Origin: a virus
DNA: 64,000 nucleotides
Virus record (IMG/VR): IMGVR_UViG_3300039190_000120
Span: 32,324 to 96,323 of that record
Direction: 5' to 3' (one strand)
Every line of letters begins with the position of its first letter. Position 1 is the first letter of the stretch. Below, piece by piece: positions 19,855 through 28,640 of the stretch. Below the pieces are notes generated by a model. The model saw only the letters and a list, made by a program, of their open reading frames with translations, did not search any database and was not told the DNA's origin. The position numbers and the translations under genes are program-made.

Positions 19855-20571
19855 ATGCTACTACTAATAGACGGTATTGACGGTGCGGGGAAGAGCACTC
19901 TCCTAGAGGCACTGCTCGACCTCATTCTCGAAGTCGACCACGACTACCACGACGGATTCAAACACGTCGTCAATACCTTCCAGTTCCCCTCTCGTATGCC
20001 GCAAGGCCCGGAGAAGGCAGATGCGTTCAGTCGGACCATGTTCCACCTGAATGACTTCTTCGAGACGATGCGAGATCACAAAGGGTTTGACGACATTCGC
20101 ATCTGCGACCGGTCGTTTATCACCACAATGGCCTACCAAGGTTTCAATGAGAAGGCGGGGGAGGCTCTCTTGAGTCACCGCTTCGAGTCGATCATGACTC
20201 TTGGAGCAGAGGCCATGCTCACCACACGGAATCCCTCGGATATGGAGAGCACCAAAGACGTATTCTTCCTGCACGTCAAGTGTGACCCGGAAGAAGCCGC
20301 CAAGCGTATCCTAAGCCGTTCTACGGATAGGGTAGGTGAGATCGAGCAGGAGTCCAACCCCGAAGCCCTGAGAGAACGTCTGGCGACGTTACAGGACCGT
20401 CTGAACCTGTGTTATGCAGAGACTCGGATGCGGATTGACCCTCTACTCCCCCAGCACAACTACTTCTTTCTCGAAGTGGATAGCACGGAGACGGGAACCA
20501 AAGAGATGGCTGAACAGGTTATGGACTTGATCAAGCCTATCAAGTGGCCCCAACAGACCTCAATTTTCTAA
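19855..20571 (+). CDS. tmk: Thymidylate (dNMP) kinase-like
   Basis: IDGIDGAGKST P-loop, FP, ICDRSF...AYQG. Confidence 0.8.
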   Translation: MLLLIDGIDGAGKSTLLEALLDLILEVDHDYHDGFKHVVNTFQFPSRMPQGPEKADAFSRTMFHLNDFFETMRDHKGFDDIRICDRSFITTMAYQGFNEKAGEALLSHRFESIMTLGAEAMLTTRNPSDMESTKDVFFLHVKCDPEEAAKRILSRSTDRVGEIEQESNPEALRERLATLQDRLNLCYAETRMRIDPLLPQHNYFFLEVDSTETGTKEMAEQVMDLIKPIKWPQQTSIF

Positions 20572-20876
20572 TCTAGCCACAGGTCAAGTATCTCTTTGAC
20601 CACGGCAGTGCCGAAATGTTCGGTCCCAGCATACAGATGGATAGAGGTACCCACCTCAATAGCCCGGTGTTTCTCGGGTCCGGTTACTAGGAATGACAGC
20701 CGGGCTTCCTGAGTATCACCGGGCTCCAGTACCCCACCCTCCCCGAAGTCAACCCTAACCGTCCACATATTAGAGGCACCCTCGTAATCAGAAGGTACGA
20801 TGATACCGGTCTTGATAGGTCGGGTGTGTATGCCACCCTCGTGGTACGTGAAGTCTACTAGCAGATCATACTTCAT
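20568..20876 (-). CDS. Stand-alone EF-Tu domain-3-like protein
   Basis: HEGGIHTRPIKTG...LEPGDTQEARLSF...GTSIHLYAGTEHFGTAVVKEI parallels EF-Tu EGGRHTPF...MPGD...GLRFAIREGGRTVGAGVV. Confidence 0.6.
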   Translation of the reverse strand: MKYDLLVDFTYHEGGIHTRPIKTGIIVPSDYEGASNMWTVRVDFGEGGVLEPGDTQEARLSFLVTGPEKHRAIEVGTSIHLYAGTEHFGTAVVKEILDLWLD

Positions 20877-20887
20877 AGGGGTCCTCT

Positions 20888-20920
20888 AAAAGCAAAGCCG
20901 GACCTCCTAGAAGGCCCGGC
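20888..20920 (-). terminator. Rho-independent terminator
   Basis: GCCGGGCCT/AGGTCCGGC stem then TTTGCTTTT. Confidence 0.75.
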
Positions 20921-20946
20921 GAAGGTACAAGTGGGTTAGGCGGTGC

Positions 20947-21126
20947 CTAGAACTGCAGGATAGTGACACCACGGTTGGACTTCTCCTCGTCCTCTTCCTT
21001 ATGCTCTTCCCAATTCTCACCGGAAGCTGGGGGAAGGGGGAGGTCTATCTGAGGACGCTCACGTTCTCTCTCACGTTCACGGTCCTTTTTGATTTTGTCG
21101 TATACAATGTAGTCAGGCAATCGCAT
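20947..21126 (-). CDS. Small charged protein (59 aa, below ORF-track cutoff)
   Basis: MRLPDYIVYDKIKKDRERERERERPQIDLPLPP...SNRGVTILQF; GAGGAG RBS, own promoter (TTTACG-17-TATTAG, 21170-21198) and terminator. Confidence 0.75.
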   Translation of the reverse strand: MRLPDYIVYDKIKKDRERERERERPQIDLPLPPASGENWEEHKEEDEEKSNRGVTILQF

Positions 21127-21200
21127 CGTTTACTCCTCAATGAGAGGACAACTAAACTCTCTCTAGTGTCTAATACCCTAGAGAGACTACTGCGTAAAAT

Positions 21201-21419
21201 TTATCCAGTAACTACGGACGACACCAAGAGGTCAGGGTCCACGTCCTTTTGGAGGTACGCTTCCAGCTCTCTAATCACTTTCACATCGAGGCCCTCAAGG
21301 CGCTCTACAAATACGGTCTGAAGACTAGCGTCATAGTCCTCATAGACGACCAGTTCTTGGTCGGTGGTAGGCAGGCGTTCCTGCCAGTTGAGAAAAGCGG
21401 TTTCTATCTGATCCCTCAT
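21201..21419 (-). CDS. Hypothetical protein
   Basis: 72-aa ORF in operon orientation. Confidence 0.55.
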   Translation of the reverse strand: MRDQIETAFLNWQERLPTTDQELVVYEDYDASLQTVFVERLEGLDVKVIRELEAYLQKDVDPDLLVSSVVTG

Positions 21420-21423
21420 TGGG

Positions 21424-22275
21424 TCACTCCGTATATAGCTTATCCTGAGCTTTCCGGTAAACGTGCTTCCACGTCTTGCCTCTCAGGATATTGTGCATTG
21501 ATGATGAATTAATTCCGAACATCTGAGCCAGATCCTTCTGCTGAAAGTCACCGGTAGAGTATCTACGGTGGGCCTCCCAAACCTGATCTTCGGTGAGTTT
21601 GGAGACTTTCTCACAAAGGTTCCTTTTCTCCGCAGAGGATTTCGTGTGCCCTTTTGCGGGGCTTTCATGGTGCTCGTAATATTGTTGGAGTGACTGGCTA
21701 ATCTTTTCTCGTACTTCGGGTTTGCGTTCCTTCCCATAGTAGTGATGATTTTCACCTGAGTAATTGGGCCGCTTCTTACCTTTCCAAAAGCCCGCTGCAA
21801 ACTCGGGGTTAGCTTTGCGGATAGCCTCCTTATGCGCCTCTGACAGATGCCTTCCGGACTTCGCCGCAGATAGCTTTTGCTTTGTACTTTCAGGGAGGCT
21901 CTTACCCCAGAGATAGTGATTCTCTCCTGCTATATCAGGCCGCTTTTTACCTTCCCAATACTTGGACGGTGTTTCTGCATCCTGAGCAATGTTGTATAGC
22001 TGATCCCACCTATCCGATTCCAGATAGACATTGAAGTACATTTGTTCCCGCACAGATAGAGCAACTACCGGACACTCCTCAACCAGACGGAACTCAAAGG
22101 CATCCTCACCATATTTGTTCCAAGCATTTTGAAGATGTTGGTTCACATGCCTCCCGGTAATTAGGCGGTACTTATGTGTGACGTACCGCTTCGATACGTT
22201 TTCTGACTGCCCTATGTACCTCTTGCCTGTCCGCACATTTACTATCTGGTAGATGCCGCTGGTCATGCTAATCAC
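21424..22275 (-). CDS. GIY-YIG homing endonuclease with NUMOD3-like repeats
   Basis: SGIYQIVN..GKRYIGQS, REQ, YNIA, repeated GENH..GK / KLS motifs, C-terminal HTH. Confidence 0.9.
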   Translation of the reverse strand: MISMTSGIYQIVNVRTGKRYIGQSENVSKRYVTHKYRLITGRHVNQHLQNAWNKYGEDAFEFRLVEECPVVALSVREQMYFNVYLESDRWDQLYNIAQDAETPSKYWEGKKRPDIAGENHYLWGKSLPESTKQKLSAAKSGRHLSEAHKEAIRKANPEFAAGFWKGKKRPNYSGENHHYYGKERKPEVREKISQSLQQYYEHHESPAKGHTKSSAEKRNLCEKVSKLTEDQVWEAHRRYSTGDFQQKDLAQMFGINSSSMHNILRGKTWKHVYRKAQDKLYTE

Positions 22276-22454
22276 TCAGGGTAATCATTCACATGGAAGC
22301 CCGGACCTTCTAGCTTAAATGAGGGTGCGGAGATTAACTTCTTGGTTTCGCCCTCGCATTCGGGGCACTCAGGGTCGGGATCGTCGTGCTTGGATAGTTC
22401 TTTGAACTCGTGCTCACATTCGGCGTTGGTACACTGATAACGGTATATAGGCAT
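22272..22454 (-). CDS. FmdB-family zinc-ribbon protein
   Basis: MPIYRYQC...CEHEF...CPEC...KKLISAPSFKLEGPGFHVNDY. Confidence 0.88.
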   Translation of the reverse strand: MPIYRYQCTNAECEHEFKELSKHDDPDPECPECEGETKKLISAPSFKLEGPGFHVNDYPE

Positions 22455-22455
22455 A

Positions 22456-22998
22456 TCATTGACTCTCGACTTGGATACTAAAGGGACTGGCGTCCTCGCA
22501 GTACCACGTATCACAGAAGAAATGGAAGGTAGTAGCATCAGGGCTGATACGTAGGACTACTGGCTTCTTAACACGGCGGCGGCCTTTCGTGTCAAGTGCA
22601 TCGGCCACCGACGTCTCTAGCATGAGGTATCTCTTCTTGCGTAGGATACCAAGTCCCTCTTCCTGTACGGCTTTCAGGTCACGCCCGTTAATCAGGTAGA
22701 AGAGGTCTTGCTCAGGGGCGGCTATGGGGTAGTCAAACTGTTCAGTCGTATGCCCTGTGAGCGCCCGGTATTGGTTTCCATCTCTTACATCGAAGTACGT
22801 ACCTTCTCCATCTTCGAGGGCCTCTTTAATGAGGGCCTCTGGAAGCTCCATCGGCTGGGACAGTTGGAGCCCGTAGACGATGCTCTCTGTGTCGACGAAT
22901 CCCTCTTCGTCAAGGTACAGGTCGTACCTCTCAGGGTCGTGTCGGAGAGCATCGAGAAGCATCTTGCGTACTTGTGACTTCGTTACGTCAGTCATCAC
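22456..22998 (-). CDS. Tpt1/KptA (RNA 2'-phosphotransferase)-like protein, degenerate
   Basis: LRHDP..LYLDEEGFV, YRALTGHT, KPVVLRI; HGT and VHLS motifs replaced. Confidence 0.7.
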   Translation of the reverse strand: MMTDVTKSQVRKMLLDALRHDPERYDLYLDEEGFVDTESIVYGLQLSQPMELPEALIKEALEDGEGTYFDVRDGNQYRALTGHTTEQFDYPIAAPEQDLFYLINGRDLKAVQEEGLGILRKKRYLMLETSVADALDTKGRRRVKKPVVLRISPDATTFHFFCDTWYCEDASPFSIQVESQ

Positions 22999-23792
22999 GA
23001 CCCCCTCTGGGTAAGCGTCGTCAGGTATCCGTTCAGAGCGTCTAGGGTAGTAGCTTGGTAGAAGAACCGGGAGGCTCCACCTTCGTCCCCTGAATCAGGC
23101 TCATTAGCATAGTTGCCTCCCGTAACAAACCAACTGGAGGGGTTACTCTTACTTGAAGTAAGGTTTCCTCTACCTCTAGCCCTAAGCATACCACTCTGTT
23201 GATCCAGTAGGTGGACGGGGCAGTCAGGTTGGCATCTCCAGTCGTCTACTTCCTCTGTACCATCATCATTGACCAGCCACTTAGAGCGAGCATCCTCAAA
23301 CTCTTGACCAGAGCCCTGCATGAACATGGAGTTGGTTGTAAGCCCGCTCTTAGCGCCGATCTTGCCGGAGCCATTGGAAGGCTTTACGTTCTTCGTACCT
23401 ACGCACTCACATTCGGGACCATGTACTAGGAGGAAATTAGAGGGGAAGCGACCGTGATCTTTAATCTCAGTCTCAGTTCCAGTCACAAACCCATCGACGA
23501 AGCCGGTGCGGTCTGCTTTTGGCTTTGAGGCATTGGTCCGCGTAGTGTTCCCAATACGACCAGAAGCAATGTCGAGATAGCCAGTCCCCTTACGCACCGC
23601 TTGGCTCACTATGGTATCAGCTAGAGGTGCCCGGAGAAGAAGGCCCATTGTAGGTCCGTTAGGGGCTTGGATAGAGAAGCAGTCTCGCACTTCTAGCCCC
23701 GCACGCCTCGCTTGGAAACCGGCACGATCGACGGTGATAGGGTCCGTTAGAAGGACTAGGTACTCGCCTGCTTGTAGGCTCAAGTCAGTCAT
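22995..23792 (-). CDS. DNA methyltransferase-derived protein lacking catalytic motifs, copy 1
   Basis: AGLEVRD, GTGYLDI, GRFPSN, GGASRFF; no DPPY or FxGxG; start taken at MTDLSLQ. Confidence 0.65.
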   Translation of the reverse strand: MTDLSLQAGEYLVLLTDPITVDRAGFQARRAGLEVRDCFSIQAPNGPTMGLLLRAPLADTIVSQAVRKGTGYLDIASGRIGNTTRTNASKPKADRTGFVDGFVTGTETEIKDHGRFPSNFLLVHGPECECVGTKNVKPSNGSGKIGAKSGLTTNSMFMQGSGQEFEDARSKWLVNDDGTEEVDDWRCQPDCPVHLLDQQSGMLRARGRGNLTSSKSNPSSWFVTGGNYANEPDSGDEGGASRFFYQATTLDALNGYLTTLTQRGS

Positions 23793-24066
23793 CTTCGGGT
23801 ACAACCACTTTGATGGTGCCGTGTTCTTCGAGGTCGAGGATATGACCGCCGCCTCCAGTGACGCCCTCTTCTTGGTCAGGCCATCCCTCAGGCAGCTCGT
23901 CTGCGAACTTGTAGCGAATCCACCGTGGACCTCTGGAATGTTCCTCGAACTCCATCTCCGGGAAGCAGGCCTGCACTGCCAACTCAGGCTCGGGGGCCGC
24001 CACATAGTCGGCCTTCTTGAGAGGCAGGGAGATGCGGTACTTATTTAGGTCGGTGGATTCGCACAT
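23785..24066 (-). CDS. Hypothetical protein
   Basis: ORF between tdk and MTase-like gene. Confidence 0.55.
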   Translation of the reverse strand: MCESTDLNKYRISLPLKKADYVAAPEPELAVQACFPEMEFEEHSRGPRWIRYKFADELPEGWPDQEEGVTGGGGHILDLEEHGTIKVVVPEDD

Positions 24067-24077
24067 AGGAGGTACCT

Positions 24078-24644
24078 CTACTCGTTGATTATCTCGTAAC
24101 ACTGTCTACACAGGGCTTCGTACAGATCCCCAGAGCCCTCTACAATGCGTGAGGAAGACTCTACTTTCAGGTGATTGCGTAAGGCCGGGTTTCCACAACG
24201 GGTGCAGATAGCCAGCATCTTACTGACGTACTCTGCTTCGGCCATCAGGCCTAGTGTGGTTTCAAAGGGCTCTTTACGGAAGTCTTGGTCGAGCCCCGCA
24301 CAGATGATGCGCTTACCGGCCAGAGCCCACGAGCGGCATACTTCCACGAGGTCGGTATCAAAGAACTGCACCTCGTCAATGCCCACTACCTCTACGGTCC
24401 GGTTCTCTGACAGGAGGCGGTCAACGTCTTCGGCGCTCTCTACGTAGTGACCCGTAAGGGATTGCTCCGTATGCGTAGTGATAGCGCCCTTCTCGTACCG
24501 GGCATCCTTACTGAATGCTACCACATCTTGGTTAGCTATCAAAGCCCTTTCCAGCCGCCTCAGGAGTTCGGTAGACTTGCCACCAAACATGGTGCCCGTT
24601 ACTACTTCAATCCAGCCTCTATTTTGTCCGGGTCTAATGTCCAT
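24078..24644 (-). CDS. tdk: Thymidine kinase
   Basis: GTMFGGKSTELLRR, VGIDEVQFF, AGLDQDF, zinc motif CTRC...YEALCRQC. Confidence 0.95.
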   Translation of the reverse strand: MDIRPGQNRGWIEVVTGTMFGGKSTELLRRLERALIANQDVVAFSKDARYEKGAITTHTEQSLTGHYVESAEDVDRLLSENRTVEVVGIDEVQFFDTDLVEVCRSWALAGKRIICAGLDQDFRKEPFETTLGLMAEAEYVSKMLAICTRCGNPALRNHLKVESSSRIVEGSGDLYEALCRQCYEIINE

Positions 24645-24653
24645 AGTCGTCTC

Positions 24654-25103
24654 TCAGAGAATCACAGTCTGTTCGGAGTCGGGGTTGGTCGTGCCAATGA
24701 TACAGGTGGTGTCATCCCCTTTGGTACCGCCTACAATGATCGTATTGCGGCGAATGCGGGGGTGAGCATAGAAACGGTGTCCCAAGAAGGTACCGGAGTA
24801 GCCTTTATCAGGATCGTGATGTTCGATAGAGATGGCGTCTGAGCAGTGGAGCCGCAGCAGGTAGTAGATCTTGCTGTGCATGAAGATCCCCAGCTTGTCG
24901 AGCCCGGTAGTACCCTCTGCGAGGTCGAGCAGATTCAAAAAGGTTGCCAGCAAGACAGACCGGTTCTGGAACGCCTCAGGCTTGATACGACGATACTGTT
25001 TACGCTGTGATCCTGCGTGTAGCAGCGCCGTGAGGGACGTGCTGGCTTCGGGGAAGGTTTTGACTTCCATCTGGAAAGTAGGGCTAACCAGATCCATACT
25101 CAA
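24654..25103 (-). CDS. Hypothetical protein
   Basis: 149-aa ORF preceded by TAATCCATTTG motif. Confidence 0.6.
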   Translation of the reverse strand: MSMDLVSPTFQMEVKTFPEASTSLTALLHAGSQRKQYRRIKPEAFQNRSVLLATFLNLLDLAEGTTGLDKLGIFMHSKIYYLLRLHCSDAISIEHHDPDKGYSGTFLGHRFYAHPRIRRNTIIVGGTKGDDTTCIIGTTNPDSEQTVIL

Positions 25104-25163
25104 CTCCTAGTAGATACTATTCATAGTGATAACAAATGGATTATCTGCGATATTCTCGGGTGA

Positions 25164-25331
25164 TCACCCAAAAAGATCGCCAAAGCCCACTTCTTCGGGC
25201 TCTTCGGCGTCAGTATCGGCATCCTCAAAGCCTGATCGTCGAGCCGTGAAGCCAACTCTATCTACAGAAGTGGGGGCACAAAAGACAACCAGATGTTCAC
25301 CGTCACCGTCATATGTGTCCGGTGTGATCAT
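25164..25331 (-). pseudogene. Internally deleted third copy of the MTase-derived family (55 aa)
   Basis: MITPDTYDGDGEHLVVFCAPTSVDRVGFTARRSGFE matches GEHLVLLVDPTSVDKAGFSARRAGLE, then jumps to an acidic DLFG tail. Confidence 0.7.
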
Positions 25332-25576
25332 CTGTCCTTCACCAAGTGATCTGGCATTCGGAAAGAGTATGAAGTGCCCTTCTCGTCAGACTCGACTACG
25401 ACGTCCCAGCCAGCCTCTTCATAGCGATCTAGTAAGGGGCTTATAGACTCAGGGTTCATTGTGAGCGGCACGTAGCACACCGGATCTATTGCCCACTCAT
25501 GACTTCTGAGGTAGGCGTCAATGGTCTGTTCCCAGAGCAGATAATTTCGGTGTGCTACTTGGTGTGGGTGAATCAT
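25328..25576 (-). CDS. Hypothetical protein
   Basis: ATGA overlaps on both sides. Confidence 0.6.
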   Translation of the reverse strand: MIHPHQVAHRNYLLWEQTIDAYLRSHEWAIDPVCYVPLTMNPESISPLLDRYEEAGWDVVVESDEKGTSYSFRMPDHLVKDR

Positions 25577-26170
25577 TCAGAGTCCTCAGGGTAGCATGAA
25601 TTCATGAACATATCATCTTGCGGAAGATCCCCCAGCTTCCACTTCTGGACGAGACGTACTGGATAGTAGATTTCCCCACTGTAGCTCTCATAGGGGTCAT
25701 CCGTGAAGAACCTCGCTTCGGGGTCCACGGGGTCGTTATTGAAGCCCTTGTAGACCTCGAAAGTCTCTTCGTCTAGGTCTACGACGTAGGCCCACTCGCA
25801 AAAGAGACTGTCCCTAGCGAAGTCGAGGGAGTCGGTAACAGGCACCTCTCCCTCACTCTCCTGAATGTAGGGGAGAATGTCGGTACCCATATCACGGTGG
25901 AGAGAGGGCCAACGCTCTTTGAAGGTGTCGGACTGCTCCATCGTAGCCCTTCCGTCTTTAGCGCCCACCTGAGCCCATCGCTTCTGTAAGTCTCCATGAA
26001 TCGTCTTCACGTTCTGGAGACCGGCCTCGAACTGGTCACGATCGAACTCGTCTCGTAGGAAATGCAGCGCCTGAATACCTTGACCACCGGGATAACCGTC
26101 CCACTGGCAGTATTTGGCGACCACATACTCCCCCGTCCTTCACAACGCACGTCAGATTTCTCGTACCCAT
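25573..26170 (-). pseudogene. Phage hypothetical protein with +1 frameshift in a G-run
   Basis: MGTRNLTCVVKDG (ATG 26170) joins EYVVAKYCQWDGYPGGQG if one G is removed from G5 near 26130; promoter TTGACG-17-TACGTA at 26216-26244. Confidence 0.7.
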
Positions 26171-26482
26171 ACTGATTCTCCTACCACGTAGTAAGTATCC
26201 TAAAACCTACCACATTACGTACCAAAACTTTGGAGGCTCGTCAAGGCTACTCTGCGGGAGGGGGAGTCATAATGAGGGCAATCTCGTCCTCGTCAAAACC
26301 GTAGCTGTCGAGGATAGTAGGTATGTCCGGCACGTCTTTGAGTACGTCCTGACAGGCACCAATACTCAGGTCTATTTTGATAGTCTTCATATGTCGAGCC
26401 TAAGATCCGCTAATAATCTGTTTATGAGGACCGGAAGTAGTAGGTAGATAGTCCCTTGGAACGCCAAAAGGTAAGACACGTC

Positions 26483-27115
26483 ATGGACCAACTCAAGATC
26501 TCAGTATCATCTCTTCCGGGCCACGAGCGATCTCTGTACGATCATAGCATCAAGATGGCGTACTCGCAAGAGTCCCTTCGCCCCTATCTTCTCCCGATCA
26601 TCAAAGAGGCTGCAAGGTCCATCGGCCTCAACAAGCTCAAACAGCTTCACGAGAAGAGGGGCACATTTGCTATCCTCTCGGCGTACCGTCCTCTCTCCAA
26701 GAGCGAGAACCAAGACCGGCATGGCGAGTTGATCCGGGACCTACAAATCATGGGGTACCGTAAGTGGTATGACGCCAAGGGCTACTGGACACATACAGAG
26801 AAGAGCCTCTTGGTTCCAAAAATGAACTTCGGGGACGCCATGCAGATGGGACACAAGTACGACCAAGATGCTGTTGTGTTTAAGTCTATGGACGGTATTA
26901 TCGGGATCTACTACATGGCTGATCGTACGGTTCAGTTGGTAGGCCCTGATATTGAGATGGAAGCGGAAGACGATGATGCTATCACCAACTTCCGTAACAC
27001 CGGACTCACGTACGACCTGTATGACGAGCGCATTCCCTTCCGTGGCCCCGTCACGAAGAAGTACCTTGAGCAGAAAGGGTATGCAGACGACTATCCCGGC
27101 CTGATGGCTATGTAA
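26483..27115 (+). CDS. DUF3293-like protein
   Basis: FAILSAYRP..ENQDRH.EL...EKSLLVP...GHKYDQDAVVF. Confidence 0.6.
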   Translation: MDQLKISVSSLPGHERSLYDHSIKMAYSQESLRPYLLPIIKEAARSIGLNKLKQLHEKRGTFAILSAYRPLSKSENQDRHGELIRDLQIMGYRKWYDAKGYWTHTEKSLLVPKMNFGDAMQMGHKYDQDAVVFKSMDGIIGIYYMADRTVQLVGPDIEMEAEDDDAITNFRNTGLTYDLYDERIPFRGPVTKKYLEQKGYADDYPGLMAM

Positions 27116-27725
27116 CAGTCGCTGTGAAGACGTCCGGGCCTTCCAGAACCTGACCACGCACAAACGAAGATCCACCCTCAAATAGGAGAAGCTCTTGCTC
27201 ATTGAATACGAGCAGGACTTCTCCTATTGGGTTTGACCTCACCTCGGTTAGCGTGGCCCCCAGCAAGGGTGTGAGCGTATGTGCCACCTGAGGACTGTCT
27301 TCTTCGGAGGTAGCCCAGACACGCACGTCATCGTCCTTTAGCAGCTCAGAGCGGCTACGGTCCAGATAGACGAGATGCTTTCGGCTCTCATATACATTGA
27401 ACCGGATAGGCGTATCCATCTGGTCCTGAGGCTCGAAGTACAGGAGAAGTGCCTCGTCATAGGTCTCGAAACCGTAGAGCCGGTGGCCCAACGTGGTCAC
27501 AACCGTCTGGACGTACCTGTACTTATCGCCAGTGGCCCCGAAGGGAAGCCACTTGACCTCTCGAAAGGTGGTAGCAGGGTTGGAGCCGGGCCATGATAAG
27601 GTCCGACCCGTATGTCCCTTACTCTCCATCGCCTCACGTACGAGATCTTCTACCTCGTCATCATCGAGGCCGTGGTAGCTAAGAGGCTCCCCGTTCCGCA
27701 ATCGTTTTTTATTTAGCTCGTCCAC
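27108..27725 (-). CDS. Hypothetical protein
   Basis: 205-aa ORF with protein-like composition. Confidence 0.6.
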   Translation of the reverse strand: MDELNKKRLRNGEPLSYHGLDDDEVEDLVREAMESKGHTGRTLSWPGSNPATTFREVKWLPFGATGDKYRYVQTVVTTLGHRLYGFETYDEALLLYFEPQDQMDTPIRFNVYESRKHLVYLDRSRSELLKDDDVRVWATSEEDSPQVAHTLTPLLGATLTEVRSNPIGEVLLVFNEQELLLFEGGSSFVRGQVLEGPDVFTATVT

Positions 27726-27773
27726 AGCGTACTGCCTCAGTCTTCTAGGTATACAGTCCCAATGGAATATACC

Positions 27774-28640
27774 CTAGTAACGGGTGGGCGTCAAACAAGT
27801 TAGACCCGTGAGGTACTGTTGAAGGTCGTCTAGTGTGGTTGCCTGCTTGAAGAACCGGGAGGCACCTCCCTCGTCTCCGTACCGTGACATATTCCGGTCA
27901 GGCCCCATCTCATAGGCATTCGCATCGTAGGAGTCGGCTACCACGGCTGTAGAGCCATCTCTAGCATGACCGGCTGCGTGCATCCCACCTGCCAAGCTCT
28001 GGACGTCTAGGTGCCTCACGGGACACGAGGATTGGCATCTCCAGTCGGCTACCTCCTCTTTTCCGTAGTCTGAGGGGTCGGTGTAAAACGGAATTGAACC
28101 TTCAAACTTCTGATCCGACGATCCAAACCCCACGCCCCGTTCAGTGGTACCTTCATCCTCACCACCACGACCGGGTTGGTTGGAGGCTTTCACCTTCTTC
28201 GTACCAACGCACTCACAGTTGGGACCGTGAAGCAAGAGCACATTCGAGGGGAACCTACCCAGAGACTCCGCTCTCTTGACCTTCTCGACGGCCTCCACCT
28301 TTCGTGCCTCCAGCACCTCTTCATCGTGCATCCAAGGGCGATCACCATACAGCTCGCTGCGTTTCCCGTTCGCAGTGTCCCCGCCGTCTAGTGAATCAGT
28401 GGTGCTAATACGGCCAGCATCAATGTCAAGGTAGCCGGTGCCACCACGAACCACTTGACCCACGATGGTGTCCTCAAGAGGTCTTCGGAGTAGGAGCCCC
28501 ATCATTGGTCCTAATGGACCAAGAATAGAGAAGCAATCCCGTACCTCTAGTCCAGCACGTCTGGCAGAGAAGCCTGCCTTATCGACAGAGGTGGGGTCTA
28601 CTAAAAGCACCAGATGTTCACCGGGTACTAAGTCATTCAT
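27774..28640 (-). CDS. DNA methyltransferase-derived protein lacking catalytic motifs, copy 2
   Basis: Clear paralog of 22995-23792; start taken at MNDLVPGE. Confidence 0.65.
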   Translation of the reverse strand: MNDLVPGEHLVLLVDPTSVDKAGFSARRAGLEVRDCFSILGPLGPMMGLLLRRPLEDTIVGQVVRGGTGYLDIDAGRISTTDSLDGGDTANGKRSELYGDRPWMHDEEVLEARKVEAVEKVKRAESLGRFPSNVLLLHGPNCECVGTKKVKASNQPGRGGEDEGTTERGVGFGSSDQKFEGSIPFYTDPSDYGKEEVADWRCQSSCPVRHLDVQSLAGGMHAAGHARDGSTAVVADSYDANAYEMGPDRNMSRYGDEGGASRFFKQATTLDDLQQYLTGLTCLTPTRY

